64,000 bases of DNA. It comes from Nymphaea colorata (Eukaryota). A program made the translations under genes and the position numbers. The notes beneath the pieces are model-generated. The model was not told the DNA's origin, made no database searches, and saw only the letters and a program-made list of their open reading frames with translations. The stretch is taken from contig NC_045138.2 of NCBI RefSeq assembly GCF_008831285.2, forward strand, positions 26,970,001-27,034,000, given 5' to 3'. This document shows positions 28,797-51,132 of this stretch, in pieces. Each line of letters opens with the position of its first letter. Within the stretch, counting starts at the first letter, position 1.

Positions 28797-30732
28797 CCTT
28801 TTGGTCGTCGGAAAAGGATCTTCTGGACCGAGGCTCGAATTATGACGTCTAGATTTTCATGGTCACCGGACAGGAGGAGGTCGGCCGCGGTACTCCTGAT
28901 GCCTCGCCGGTCAAAGAGGGTTCCTCCAACCTTGGTACCGTAGATATGGTCGTAAGTGAATCCATTGAAGGGCGACACGCCCGCCTCCAGCAGCCCGTCC
29001 CTGAAAGCAGCCTGCCATGGCGCGAGCTTAGGCCAGTGGACTATCCGGCGTTCGATCCACGGGAAGGACTCGTTCACAAGGGCACCGTCCCAGCCGGCCT
29101 GCCTGACAAACCGGGGGCTGGCCCGGGTATAAAACCCGGCATTGATGGAGCTGCCCCCGCCGAGGACTCGGCCCCGCGAGTTGATCACGCCGTCCGTGGA
29201 GATGAACATCTCCGCAGCCGCGCCTGGTGTCATGTCCGTCAGCCCAATGTGGAAGTTCTGCATGAGCGACACGTTCAGGTTGCCGTAGGGCGAGCCGCCT
29301 CTCTCGAGAAGCAGCACGGTGAAGTTGCGAGAGAGTGTCGCTGCTAGCGGACAACCGGCGGTGCCACCACCCACTATGATGTAGTCGTAGGTCTGGTTCA
29401 ATGGGGAGCGGGCCATGCTGGTGGCCGGGCGAATGAAAGGGTACTTGAGGTAGTCATGGTACCCTGCGCATTTGAACGAAAATGGTGAGTATTATACGCA
29501 AAAAGCTAAGGAACAAGTGCCAGAATCTAATCCCAGAGAATTCTGGGGAAACATTTTTTGTTTGGGGCTCACTGGTAGAAGGAAGGACAGTCTATAAATG
29601 TTCAAAATTATGGGTGATCTGAGTTTTATTACTTACCATTACGTTAGTTTAAGGCAGGAAATAGTTATTTAACAAGAATGCGTGCTTTCATGGCGAGAAA
29701 TGTCCGAGTATTTTGTGTCTCGAAACCGAACAGAGAGGAGAGGCCATGAGATGGAATTGTGCAGCCATTTTTATGTGCAGTACAAGGAGTCTGTGAGCTG
29801 CAGTTTCGTCTCAAAGATAAGATCTCTGTTCTTCTAATCGGGCAGTGACTGGAGTAGTTCATGATAAAAAAACATCTTAATTCGTCGTCCTGTTTTGCAC
29901 AGGTAGTCAGTGGCTGCATCGGCAACATATCCTTCATGGGGATTAGGAAGAAGGCAAGTTTTGAAGGGGATTTTCCTAAAATATAATCACATCATGAAAG
30001 TGATGGAGCTGGAGAGCTTGCTGACATAACCCAAGGGATGAGCAAAGAAAAAGGGACAAGGGTTTCTGGAACCAATTAACTCGAGTTGGAAAAGGACAGA
30101 AGGATCAACGTTGTGGGGACCTGAGATGAGCAGAAAGCTTGGCATAGGAACTACAAACCAGATAACAAAGTCGGTCTTTTTTTTTTGTTTTCCTCCTAAG
30201 AAAGAAGTTGATTTCGTGAAAGATGGAAAACAGGCGGAAAGGGGGCAGAAGCTCTTCTATAAGAACTGGAGATCACCTGTGCAGTGAAATCCTCCACGAG
30301 GGCTAATTCCGTGCAAAAGAAACTACTTAAAGGGAAAAATTAGAGTTCCTCCTCGAGTAAGAAGAAGTATAGCAGTAGCAGAAAGTAGAAGCAGAAAACC
30401 AACTCGAGAAAACAGAAAGGGAGTTGTTCCTGTAAAAGGAATACCAAAATGTTACGGTTTTGAATAACTCCACAAAAGAATCCACCAACATAAGAACCAA
30501 AAAAGAAAATAAAGAAGAACGTTCTTGTAATAGAAGAAGAATGAATGATTAGTGACAGAGAGAAATTTTGTCTGTGGGAAGGAAAGACTTGAAACTCCGG
30601 AACTACGGCTGCTGTTAATGCCTAAGGTAGAGCAGAGAGTTATAACAAACCTTTACAAGTTTGGACAACGGCCAAACAGAGGAGGATCTTGAGGAAGAAG
30701 GCCACCTTGAACTGAGCAATTACAAATGCCAT
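26033..30732 (-). CDS. HTH: HOTHEAD-type FAD-dependent GMC oxidoreductase, secreted
   Basis: 5 exons: 30732-30651 (signal peptide MAFVIAQFKVAFFLKILLCLAVVQTCKG), 29463-28798, 28033-27657, 27151-26583, 26087-26033 (582 aa). FAD motif YDYIIVGGGTAGCPLAATLS, then RVLGGGSSINAGFY, TIWHYHGGC, SPGTNPQATVMMLGRY. C-terminus LGRRAGV* is HTH-like. Confidence 0.92.
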
Positions 30733-32611
30733 TGGCACCTTTCAGCCAGTTTCGCAAGAATAATCGATGCAGGCATAGAATTTGATTTTCCCAATATATA
30801 GAGATGCAGAGTGGGGAGAGAGAGAGAGAGAGAGACATGAGGTTGGGCGTGTCCTATTTCCTCCCAACTTTAAGAATGGGGCTGTCTACAACTGGAGCCA
30901 CATTAATTGAAAGCCATGGGCCCATCAAGGCACAGTTACAGTAGCAAATGAGCAACGAGCTCCCACTAAACCAAATTGGCATTCTGAGGGTTGCCGGTTT
31001 CCCTCAAAGTAACACTGCAAGGCCAGCTTGTACATGTACAGGTCATGAAAGTCTAGAAAGATTCCATCACTTTGAAGGCCAGATTGAACTCTTCTCTGCG
31101 GAAAAACAGAAAAAAGGAAAAGAGAAAGAAACAAACTTCAATTAAAGCAAGAGATGAGGAACGATTTTCTGAGCAACAGATTTTTGATTTCTTGCTGCTA
31201 GCAAGGATGAAGTATGCTGGTTGTTTTGGAAAAGGTCCAAAAATAGGAGACCAGCTTGTTTTCTGAAGTACAGACCAAGAGCTAAACAAATAGGTTGTCA
31301 TTTGGGGAAGAGAAAAGTCACACATGAGCAGCTTGTTGCTCAGTTGATGACGCTACTATTTAGTTAAAACATTATTTTGATTTCCCTGTAGAACTAATGA
31401 GCAATGGGTAATATGCTTAGTTTGAGCTTTCTTGGAACTCACAGATATACTTTTGGTTTTCAAGTGGAAAACGACATTCCCTAATGATAAGACCTGGTTG
31501 AAGAGGACCTCAAGCAACATCATGAAGTGGGAAATAGCAGGACAAATAGAGAGGTATAATGGAAAAAGAAGGTTCATGGTTTCAGAAAGAGGAAATCGCA
31601 TACACAAGTGAAAGAAATGTTCCATACCCGAGTTTCATAAGTAAAATTCTCCAAGTATGCAGAAACGGGAAAATTCCAACGTAATATCTCCAATCTCTTA
31701 TCTCTCTCTTAGTTTTTCAAAACGATGGATGAGTTTGTAAGGCATCGTAATAGACTCATTCTTCATTTGAGTTAATTATTTCCTTCTAAAGTTTGTAGAA
31801 CTGCAGAGAAGTTGTTACTGTTAGTCCGTTCTCATATTCATCTTCTTTGAAACAGACAAAACAAGTTCATACTCCGCTTGCAGGGATGCAGGTAAGGAGG
31901 GATATTGCTAAAAATGAAAGCTGGTAGGTGAGTTAGGTCTGAAATTAAGTCTCTTAACTATTCATAGATCGGTTGGTATTTAATTTTGGTGGAGCACCAA
32001 AATACATACATTTTATGCCTATATAATAATTAATGCATTCCTCCCATATCGAGAAGCAACTAGAAAGATGGGAAAAGAGCATTTCTCCCTATAGTGTGCC
32101 CATTATATTTCTCCAGGAGTATTTCCTGGCATTGAGAAACGAGAGTGCCTGATAATTGTGATGCACAAATTTTAGTGAAGTTCTTTTCTCCCTTTTTTTT
32201 CATTTTTTTTCTTATAGTAACCACAATGTGCACTTTTATAAACTAGAAAGTCTGAGTTTATTTGAAGTTTGATTCTTATTAATCTTAGTATACAACCGAA
32301 TGAAGTACTTTAGACCTCACTTGGTCACATTTATCCATATATTTCCCCCGCCGGAATCCGGCGGATGGGCAGCAGTTACTCTTAGCCAAACGGGACCCGC
32401 GCCAAACGAAGAGACGCCACTTGTTGCCGCTAGCGGCTTAACTGGTCCACTGTCTGGGTGGCGTTTAATATGGATCCAGTATCATGATGCACGTCACAGG
32501 CTTCATAACCGGGTGGTCCAGAACCGAGAGAATGCGGGTCACGTCTGCTGGTGGTGTTAACCCGTACATCAATACGGATCAAACAACCTGGTGGTCCAGA
32601 CCCGTGACCCC

Positions 32612-32663
<52 letters not shown>

Positions 32664-33164
32664 ATTTCATCAAGCACTTACCAATTGGACCCGGATGGGT
32701 GAACTTCGTTGTGTGGTCATCCCACGTGATCCGGTTCAGTTCTCCAGTATGGGTCGGATCCTGTCCTCGGGGAGTTAGATATTTGGGTCATACTAGTGGT
32801 GGTCCAAACCCACCAACTAATAGCGGCACATTCAATTGCCAAAATGGATCCATTCGGCTGAGTTCACATCTACGGGAGCATATGCGTTAAGACGGGTCAA
32901 ATCATACCGTGCTCTCATTTAGCTGTACAGATCTTCCACGAGTGGTGGTCCTGCTCCATCCAGTTACCATTATTTATGATTTGGATCATTACTTGTGGTC
33001 CAGATCCATTGAGGTCCACGCCTTATGCTGGGCCCCGAACACGTGGGTCGAACACGTGGGTCGTCTTTGGAGGTGTAAACTTATCTAGATATCATTCACT
33101 CGAAAAGGCAATGATCCGGATAAAACTTAAGGGAGAATTTTTCTTTTATAAGACAAGAAAAATA

Positions 33165-33530
33165 CCCATGTCAACTTATCTGATTTGAATCTAATATATG
33201 ATCGAATCGATCCAAAAAAGTCAAAGAACTTTGAATATCAGACTAAAAAATCAGATCATACTCGAAATTAAGAAATGACATCCGATCAGATTCAAATCAA
33301 GACAAATATCTTACATCTGCTGCTCTTACATTTTGAAAATTGGCAAAACTTGGTTTAAAATTTGGGTTTGAATTTATATATAAATATAAAACTTAATTTC
33401 AAATCAGATTCAGATTGTGAAATCGAATTTCAGATTTAAATTCAAATCCAAATATGTATATATCTGACAAAATGGATATGATAAGGATACATCAAATTTA
33501 ATTTTATATTCGCTTCGTTATCGTCCCCTA
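33165..33530. mobile_element. Inverted copy of the same dispersed repeat family
   Basis: TTAAGAAATGACAT is the reverse complement of the family core; element ends ...GTCCCCTA. Confidence 0.5.
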
Positions 33531-34703
33531 CTTCACCAGTTATGTATTAATCTTTAGACATCCAACATGAATAACATACTGAGGTGTATTGCATTGGTCC
33601 CTTGCCGGTACACTACGAGGTTATTTTATTATTTTAACATTATTTTTTTTCAATCAATTTAAAATAATATGTTATTTTTAAATTTTAATAAATTTTAAAA
33701 ATAAAGTACAAAGTCACACGGGAGGGCCCAAGGAAATCAAGATTAAGCATAGGAGACAAAGGGAGGGAATGAAATAATTTAAAAATTGTACAGTTCAAGC
33801 TTCCCACGTGAGGATATAGTGCGCCGATCTCTCTCTCTCTCTCTCTCAATTACTGGCCCATGTGAGCAGCGTTGATGGGTGGAGATGCCAATGGGAATGA
33901 ATGGCCTGAGCGGTGGGTGAAGGGTCTGTAGATGAAGTTCAAGTGGGATATGGAGCCAAGAGCATCGGAAGAAATATGAGAAAGAGTCTGAATTTGAGTC
34001 TTGATTCTTTTCTTAGATCATCTATGATGTCTTCAAGAAAGTTTTGTTAGAGAAGTGTGGAGCCTGATCGGCCGATTCCATTCGCGGCGTTGCCGGAAAA
34101 CTCCTGTAATGGAAGGGCTCAGCATCTCTTCTGTTTATCTTGTTTGAATTAGTGGAGTTTCAGTGCCGCCATGGATGTAAAAGACCCTTGGTCTTTCCAA
34201 CCCACGTGAATCCTCGTGTTATTGTTTATCTTTCTTCTTCTGAATCTAGAGAGTACAAGACAACATCGCTCTTTAACAAGTGTCAGCAGCATCTCGATTA
34301 GATGCAGCTCCTACCTTTGAGATGAGAATATCTAAACTGAACCTACATCCAGAAAGAAAACTGATTAGTCTTTTTCTTTGCAGAATCCAACCAAATGCAC
34401 GAAAATGGAATTTCGATCGCGGAATGTTGGTTTACACCCTATCCAGGTCAGGTCTCCTGTGCTCGAAGCTTCATTCAATAGTACATGCTGATGGTAACGT
34501 GTTCAATATCATAAAAACAAGGTCAGCAATTTATTAGCCAAGATGCATGTTACATGTGAAAGAAGTTGAAAACTTAATTCCTTTCATTATTACAGTTGGA
34601 CAAAATCTGCCCCATTTTGTACCCGGTTTGACAGTTTCATTTATGTACTCCTATATCTTTTACTAAAAGGAAAAAAATTAAAAAAATTCTCAGCTATCAC
34701 GAG

Positions 34704-34741
<38 letters not shown>

Positions 34742-36635
34742 AGAGGCCCTGCCAGCTATTTGAATTTATGACCCTTGTTAAGTCCATTATGTCCAGCTCT
34801 GTGAATTTATGACTCTTGTTAAGTCCATTATGTGACTCCTATAGACGGCCTCAGATAGATTAAAACCCAAGTGGGGAGCTGTGCAGTTGACCTCGTTCTC
34901 AGGAGACAAGAAGCTTCTTGCATTGGCCTAGCTGGGTCCATGTCCAGCTCCCTTTAGTTTGGTTCAACTTAAATTTGTAAGGATATCTCAAATGCTCTTA
35001 ATAATTGCCACCAACACCCGTAATACAGATTGCAAAGATAAAAGATTTGCTTGTCCACAGTTTCTTTGGAATCTCGCTTCATAAATAGGGTTAGTTATTT
35101 GAATGTGTTATTTTTCGTAACATGCCTCATGTATGGCTTCCCTTGTCTTCTTATTTGGTGGTTGCTATAGGACGCAGGTGGGTAGGTAGAAAATAATGAG
35201 GAAAGTGAGACAACTCTCTCTAAGGAGGCGTTTGAGACAAGAACGTTGTGATCTTGAACGCATCCTAAAGGCTGGGATACATTCATGCCACAGCGTGCCT
35301 CTTCACAAAGGGAGTCGCAGTGATCAAACTAGGCGTTGATTGATCTCCAACTATCGCTTCTGAATCTTCTTATCAGACCTTACTAGACCATTTTAATTGG
35401 TTCTTTTGGTCAAATTGGCTCTCGAGTTCTTCTTTTCCCTCCCAGTGAGCCTTCAAAAGAGAGGGATGAGTGACTTGAATGAAATGGCATGGAAAGTTCA
35501 GATCTCATGAATAAATCTAGGAGAACATTAACTTACGGTTAAAGTAATAAATTGGGAGCTTTCCAAGTACAATAAGATGGCTGAGTTTGCATCAGACAAT
35601 CACAGGTATAGTAAGAGGGACTCATCAGAACCCGAAGATGAATTTGGGAAAATAGCATGTAAAATTTACACAAAGGATACTCCTTTTCAGAAATTGAGAT
35701 CAGGGTGTTGCTTGTGCATTTTACACAACAAAGATCGGCTTTTATCTTTGAATGGTTTTCGCATCCACCATTTGGGACCCTGAACTATGCCCTGAAACGA
35801 GGCAAGGCATAAGCCAACCTTCTCACTTTAGTGTGCTGCTAGACAGCAGTATTACCTGAAACGAGGCAAGGCATATGATTTCAGTACTTGCAGGAGAGAG
35901 CGCTGTAGGAGGAAAAGGAAAGAGCAGTAGATACAGAAGAGGAAGAAAGGGTGGAGAGCAAACAAGGAAGAAGAAGAAGAAAAAGGATGGGCTAAAGAAT
36001 ATGGGAGGGCGAAAAGAACTGGCGGTCAATGGCCGCCACAGAAGAATACCAATGGCAAGCATCAATGGCCGATCAATGGTTTGTTTTTTCAGAATTCTCT
36101 ATATATTTCACAAATACAAATATAAAAAATCTTGCTACAGATTGATATTAAGCGCTTAATTCAACTGGTTGCTAAAAGACTAATATTAAGCGCTTCACTG
36201 AACTCTAAAAGTGAGATCCTCAAAAGCTCCAAGTCATCTGCCTTTGAAAACTAAACAGGCCGTACAAACGTGCTGAAACATGACTGCGTACTAAAGCATG
36301 ATATCTCACTGTGTCTGTTTTCATTTGCGTTTGTGAGTTTATCTTCTTCAAGCTTACTCTTAATTTTTGGCTCGTGAATCACTTCACTGAATCAGAGCAA
36401 TGGTATCATAGGAGCTTTAGAGCAGATGCAGATCATGCAGGCTACTTTCAACTTGAGTATAAGAGAATGTAGGCTTTGGTACCGCTCCAAAATCAGATAA
36501 TAAACCTAGTAAATTCAACTCCCTGAAGTGAAATTTACATCGTGAGTAAACGCCACTAGTGTATTGAAGTCCATATGTTGGTTCAGACAAGCATGAGCTG
36601 CTGCAACTTACGCTCTGGTGTGTTATGGACAGACG

Positions 36636-44331
<7,696 letters not shown>

Positions 44332-45424
44332 AGCCAGACGAAGAACACCAACCTCCAGCAATGAAAACCCACCACCAACAGTCCTTCATGCTACACCATG
44401 CGAAGGACCACCTAAGTGCATTCCCGCTGCCATTATCCACCCGCACACCACTTTCCCCAGAAACCAGAAACAGAGTCCAATACCACAATCATTTCCAGAC
44501 ACCAGAACACCCAAAAAAGGATCAGAAAAGCGGAAATGCGCAATCAAGTTTGGAGCTTCTGCAAGGGAATTGAGAGGCTTGTGAAGAAAGGAATGCTTCC
44601 AATATCCAAAGCCATCAATTGCCAAACTCAAACGTGGAACAAGAAAAAGTCTGACACCTGGTTGCTGCTTTTCAAATGCAACCCAACTTCCTTGATGAAG
44701 CAACTCGGTTGGGAATTCAATAGTTGGTTGTTTCTATCCACTTTTGTCGAAGGAAAAGAAGAAAGAAGACAGAGGCCGTGGTGGTGAAAAAATATTTTAG
44801 TGACAACAAGCTCTGGACTCTTCGTAGACAACACGAGTTCGTTTCATGCGCCGCTCTGTGGCTGCCAACTCCACCACCAACAGAGGACGCCGTTGTCCTT
44901 CCGTCGCGACCCAATTGCCATCTCAAATCTGGACGGACCCCACCGTGGATCTTTAGCTTGACGGTGGTTGGTGCCTGGTAGTTAGTGAAGAGAAAGAGAG
45001 GTTGGCTACCCTCGATTGTACCATACCATCAGATGTGGGCTCGTACGCATGACAAAACTCATCCTTCCACCGCCCAACTCAACTCTTGCAAAGTTCATCA
45101 TTCAACCGCCAATGTGACTCGCTTCTTGGTTTGCATAAAAGGATGAAACTCACGAGACTCGCGCAGGAGGCCCACAAATTGCTTACTGCAAAACATTGTG
45201 AACAATCGATTCCTGAACATATATATATATATATATAAGGATTCAAATATGTTGGATGTCAAACGATTAAAAATAAAAAATTCGTCATTAGAAGTACTGT
45301 AAATTGTTGTCAAATGTATAAACCATTGTTACATTACAAACTGTTGCTAATGTTCCTGTTGTTACTGTTTAGCAACATATAACATCTAGCAATTTGAGCT
45401 TATACATATGCGTGTGTATAAAAA

Positions 45425-45467
<43 letters not shown>

Positions 45468-45626
45468 GCTAAATAAAACACCATAGCTAAAAGCTCCATC
45501 AACTACTATTCAAAACATTATAAATTGCTGCTACACAACAAACCATTGGTAGTACTTTTGCTGCATGCATGGTGCTTTTAGCAAGGGTTTAGATATTTAG
45601 TTACCCAGTGTCATCGGCAGGTAGAT

Positions 45627-45673
<47 letters not shown>

Positions 45674-46379
45674 AAAATAAGGTGGAACTCACAAGAAAAG
45701 TTGATTGCAGGTGGGTGGACTTTAGATTATTGTCTTGTGTAGTTTATATGACTAACTTTCGCATTCCACAAAGGGATCAATCCCGTGACTCCATTATTCT
45801 CTTCAATTTCTGGTGTCAATCGTAATAGAAACATTACTGGAGGTGAGCAAACTTTCAACGAATTAAAGGTATGAAAAGTTCTCGTTACTTGAACTCTTGT
45901 CCACTTTCAATTTGAATATATTATATCTCTTCCCATTTCCGAATCTTCATTAGTTTAATATCATACAAAATAAAAAGAGGCAGGTACTAGTAGTTGAGAA
46001 GCAAAGAAAAAAGTTTAGTAGTAAGACGTAGGTGAGATAAGGAGGGAGGAGGAGAAGAGTCCGAGACAATGCTACCCGCGATTTTTTGTACCTTTTACAA
46101 GTGAGGCTACAATGGGGGCCGCATTCCCCTTTCTAATGGCCAGACAAGTTGGATATGAGATGATGTATATTGTAGACACATTATGTGTTTGTTTACCTCA
46201 ATTTAGAGACTGCTTATGATCTCGAATCGGAGGATATAAAGTCTGATCGCCCTGGTTGGACCTCAGATTTTAAGGTCCTTGCTACTATGTATGGATTTCA
46301 GTTGAGTCTCAAATCTAAGATCCAAAACTACCAACCATATCATTAAGCTTTTCTATATAGGTTCGAAACCAAAATTCTT

Positions 46380-46751
46380 ACCTGCATCTGCGCTCTGGAT
46401 GTTCACATATTCAAATTCAATTTTGGATCTGAATGTGAACAAAGAAAAGCATGTCTGAATCTGGCATCCGAATTCACAATCAGAATCTGATAATTGAATT
46501 CATTTCTTGAATTTGAATCCAAATTTTAAACTGAATCCAGCTGACCTTCAAAATGTAAGGGCACCAGGCGTAGGATATTTATTTAAAACAAAATTTGATC
46601 TGGAGATGAACCCAAATTTGACTGAATGTCATTTCTTAAATTCGAATCCAATCTGATTTATTAATCAGATATTAAATTATTTTTCATATTTGAGTTTTTC
46701 AAAATGGTTAGGTTGGATTTCCAATTCAAATTGGATATATTGTCATCCTTA
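46380..46751. mobile_element. Copy of the same dispersed repeat family
   Basis: GAATGTCATTTCTTAAATTCGAATCCA core and a TTGTCATCCTTA end; colinear with 21381-21758. Confidence 0.5.
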
Positions 46752-47046
46752 TTATCAACTATTGGACGCTGAAATGAACAAAATACCCTCAAAACTAGAA
46801 CTCCTGTAAGGACAAAAATGAAAAGTTTAAGAATTTAGCTTTCCAGGAAAAGACTAAAGTGCCCTTATTCTGCCTGGTGGTGGCTTAGGTGCACACAACC
46901 CATATACACAGTAAGAGCATGGAGACATTATGGTAATTTTTTAAAAATGATTGTCCTTTTTAGTCTTCTTACTTTTCTCAACCATCTAGTCGGCCTTGGT
47001 TAGATGTTTGGGTGTCTCTATTTAACTAAAATAGTCGTTAACTCAC

Positions 47047-47091
<45 letters not shown>

Positions 47092-48252
47092 AAATAGTAG
47101 CTTTGGCTTTTTATAATTACTCAGCCATCTAATCAGGACCGTTCGATCTAACATGATGGATAGTTAAGAAAAAAACAATAAGAAAAAGATGATAGACATT
47201 TTCGTCATCTAACATTAGTTCTCACATTTTTCTCTCAACCATCCATCTACATTAGATGGATGGTTTTAATTACATGACTTAGTAACTTTGGATAACCATG
47301 GTCACCATTTATATATATATACACACAAGTAAAAACCAGGCCACTTGGGTAAGGGACACAAACCAGACTTATTAAAATCAATTATTAAAATTTTTTTTTT
47401 TGAAATATGACCTTATAGATATGATCTTCAAAGTGACTTGATGAGAAACATATATTAAGTTAGTTGTTTTCTTATTTAAATAATGTTTTTTAATAGTAAA
47501 AAAATGAATGAATTTTATAACTTCAAAATTTTGATAATATAAAAATCATTTTTTTGACAAAAATGACTTGAACCAATGTATGATTTATATTAAATTAGTG
47601 TTTATAAACACATTAGAAGGTTCATATTTAGTTTAAAGTACCTTTTAACATAGAGGACCGGTTTTAATCCCTTACTGAAGTAGTTTGCTGCCTACTAGAG
47701 AGAGAGCACTAAGGGGGAGTAAAACGAAAAAATTACCGAACACTTTCAAAATGTGCACATATTACAAACAGGTATAACATTTTCAAAATTTGCACATATT
47801 ACAAATAGGAAAGTTCTTTTCAAAAAAATTAGCGTATTTTCTTTTATATTTAATTAAAATTAAATTACTATAACATGCACAAATATTTACCATGTCATAA
47901 CAAATTCAATTAATTTCATAGGTAATTTTGTTTCACCTTAGGCTAACTTCTCCACACACTTCAAATAAGAATGTGATTTTCACCATCCTCAAATAATTAA
48001 ACTTTATATAAAGCGACCGAATCCCTACGGCCAGACGGCTATCTAGCCTCTCACACACATCTTGAGAGGCTGGCTTTCTAGAGAGCTATTTCAGCATTTC
48101 ATTTTTTATAAATTGGCAATTCAGAGAAAAAGTTCACCTCTCTTGTTTTTTTTTCTTTCAATAGTTAATTTAGAAAATTAAATAGTTAATTTAGAAAAAG
48201 AAATTCAAATGCTGAGATGGTTTCTTTTGAACTTTTGACTCAAGGGTCTACT

Positions 48253-48450
48253 GAGGGCTGCACAACGAGTCGAGCCAACTCAGGTTTGACTCGAATTCAC
48301 TCGAAAAAGCTCAGCTCGAGTTCGACTCATTTATAAACGAGTCATGAATCTAAGAACTCAGGAGTCAAACTCGGAAAACTCGGATCAATAGATGACTGAG
48401 TTAGCGAGTTGACCAAGGTCAGGGTTAGCGAGTTGACCAAGGTCAGGTCG
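48253..48450. mobile_element. hAT-like transposon end fragment
   Basis: GAGGGCTGCACAACGAGTCGAGC start and dense CTCG/CGAG subterminal motifs. Ends in a perfect 24-bp tandem duplication (48400-48447). Confidence 0.45.
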
Positions 48451-49816
48451 TAAATTTTATACTGTATTTTTACTTTAATTTTGTAGTGTAATCTACTGGC
48501 TCCCTACTCAGCATAGAACAATACGATTTTGGTTATGATTTGTGGACAACACTCCAACCAATATAATTTTCACGTAAATGAACAAGAAAATTAGTGTGGA
48601 TCGAAATGGTAGAGGTAACATAAAAGTTGGGTTTTTATTTTTAATTTTCTTTTTTTTTTTGGTTTTTATCTAGGCTTAAGTGTCAGACATACAACAGAAT
48701 TATATTGTCTGCATGTCGGATTTTAAAAAGCAAGGATTGTGAATAGAATGAGATACATAAATCATTTTTGTTCATATGACCACATTTAATTATAGCAACT
48801 TAGAAGATCAAAGATTGGCAATCAAATCAACCATATAAATCACGTTTACCCCACATGTAGTTAAAGCAACTTAAAGCTAGGAGTCAACTGTACAAATGAC
48901 GTTTATATGGCCACATTTGATTAAACAATTCTAAAGTAGAAAACAACTATGTAAATCACGTCTATATGGCTACATTTAATAATGTCTAGAAATCCTTGCT
49001 TGCAGGCATTTTTTAGTTAAAAGTTTAAATACATACTACATAATCTTTATTCACCTGATGTGGCACTCACTTTCACTGACAATGTCAAAAGAAGCCCCAG
49101 GTTCAGTCACAAGGAGTAGAAGAGGTATTTTATCCTACCGCTCAGATAAGAACTAAAGCTTCCACTCAACCTCTAGTCTCTCCGTCAGGTACAAGGCCTA
49201 TATTTAGTGCCTCGTGGGTGCTCACCCCTACCATGCTTCAACTTGCATGTTAGGTAAGTAAAGATGTGATGTGGTGAAAATAAAAAATGAAAACTGGCCT
49301 CAGTTTAGGTAATGTCTTGTTAAAACACATTAATCTTTACACCTTTTAATCTTCTTTTTAACATAAGTTCATCTTTTCACAATTAAGCTAGAGCACTTTG
49401 TGTGTTATGCAGCTAATGCAGGGAACCTGTATTCCTACAGTTTAACTCTAGAGAGAGACATTTTTATCATTTTAAAGGAGCATTTTTCTTTTTCATTTTA
49501 CTTTTGCCCTTACAAGCGAGATCCTCACATTTTCACAGCAAGGGCATTTTGGTCATTTTCAGCTCCCAACACACGGCCCCTGTTGGCAGCCTTATAAGGC
49601 CGACAATAACAAAAAACTAGGCCCTTGTTTAAAGCATAAAAATCATATTTGAAATGATGGGTAATCTAAAGTATGGTTTGAGAAGGCTTCAATTATGATA
49701 ATATGGTACTTAAAACATCCAATAATAATGCTGAATGGGGCCGTTTCAATGGAACGTCCCAAGTAACATGAGGAGCAGTAATGTTTTAGACGGCACAGAG
49801 AAAAGGATCCCGGAAA

Positions 49817-51095
49817 TCAAGGTGCAGAACGGCCTGGACGAGACAGAGGACGAAGAACCAAGGGAACCCCAGACGAAGGCCTCAATGTAAGGACGATGGC
49901 CGGAGAGTGAGAATAATTGTGCGAGAGAGACCACGAGAAGCTGGACAGTATCATGGACAGAACGATCTTGTACTCCATCTTGAACAGGTTTTGGCCCACA
50001 CAGGTCCTGGCTCCGAGCCCGAAGGGCACGAACCCGAGCCTGTGCTTGCACGCCGACGACGGGCCGTCCTTGAACCTCTCTGGCCTGAACTCGTTGACAT
50101 CTTCCCCCCATAAGCATGGGTCATGGTTTAAACCCACTATGTCGAACCAGATATTCGTCCCTTTGGGGATCACCAATTCTCCGACTTGCATCTCTTTCCT
50201 CGCTTGCCTTTGCGCATTCGGCGCCGGACTGTACAGCCTCAGCACCTCGTTCATCACCCATGTCATCTTCAAATATTATATCACTAACATTAGATCAGTA
50301 TATATATATAGATATATTAAAGAGAGAGAGAGAGAGAGAGAGAGAGAACTTGCAGTTGAAGTAGTACCTTTTGTAGATGAGGGATTACGTTGGCATCAAT
50401 AGGCTGTCCTCCGGTGACCTCCATAACCTCTTCCCTGAGAGACTGTTGCCATTCAGGGTGCAAGGCCAAGAGGAACAAGGTCCAGGTGAGTGCCAGTGCC
50501 GTGGTTTCGTGCCCACCGAAGATGAAGGTCTTGCACTCGTCTACCAGGTCCTGCTCGGAGAGCTCCTTCCCATGACGCGAGTCGCCGGCGGCTCTCTTCT
50601 GGTCCTGCTGAAGAAGGCCCAGCAGGTCGTCGTACAGGCTGTGGCCTCCGGCTCTTGGCGTCTCTATCACCGAGAGAATCCGCCGGTCGATGTCCTTCCC
50701 CAGCCTTTGGATTCTCGTGGACTGCTTGGGGTTGAAAAGGTTGCCGAACGGGACACCGACGAGCCTTTGGTTGCGGAACAGCACGCTCTGCACCGAGCTC
50801 ATCTCCTCGAACACTTCTTTCACTTGTTGGTAGCTCTGGCCGAAGGTGATTTTTGCTATGACATTGGCCGTAGCTCTAACCAGGTCCTTCTCAACGTCGA
50901 TCTCAGCAGTAGCTGCATCCTTCGTTTGGTCTTCCCAGTTTTGCAGCATATCGCTAGCGGAGTCTATTATTACACCGGCCAACTTCTGCACGTAAAAAGA
51001 AAGTCAACAGATGTCTAAGTTAAAGTGCTCAGGCAAGGGAATCAATGGCGTTTGGTGATTGCATTGATGATGACGGTGATGGTGATGATGATATA

Positions 51096-51132
<37 letters not shown>

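Noticed and set aside
28859..29347. Long plus-strand ORFs opposite HTH exon 2 and the P450 exons (49917-50402, 50377-51018)
   Set aside because: Expected antisense shadows of GC-rich codons; no recognisable protein.
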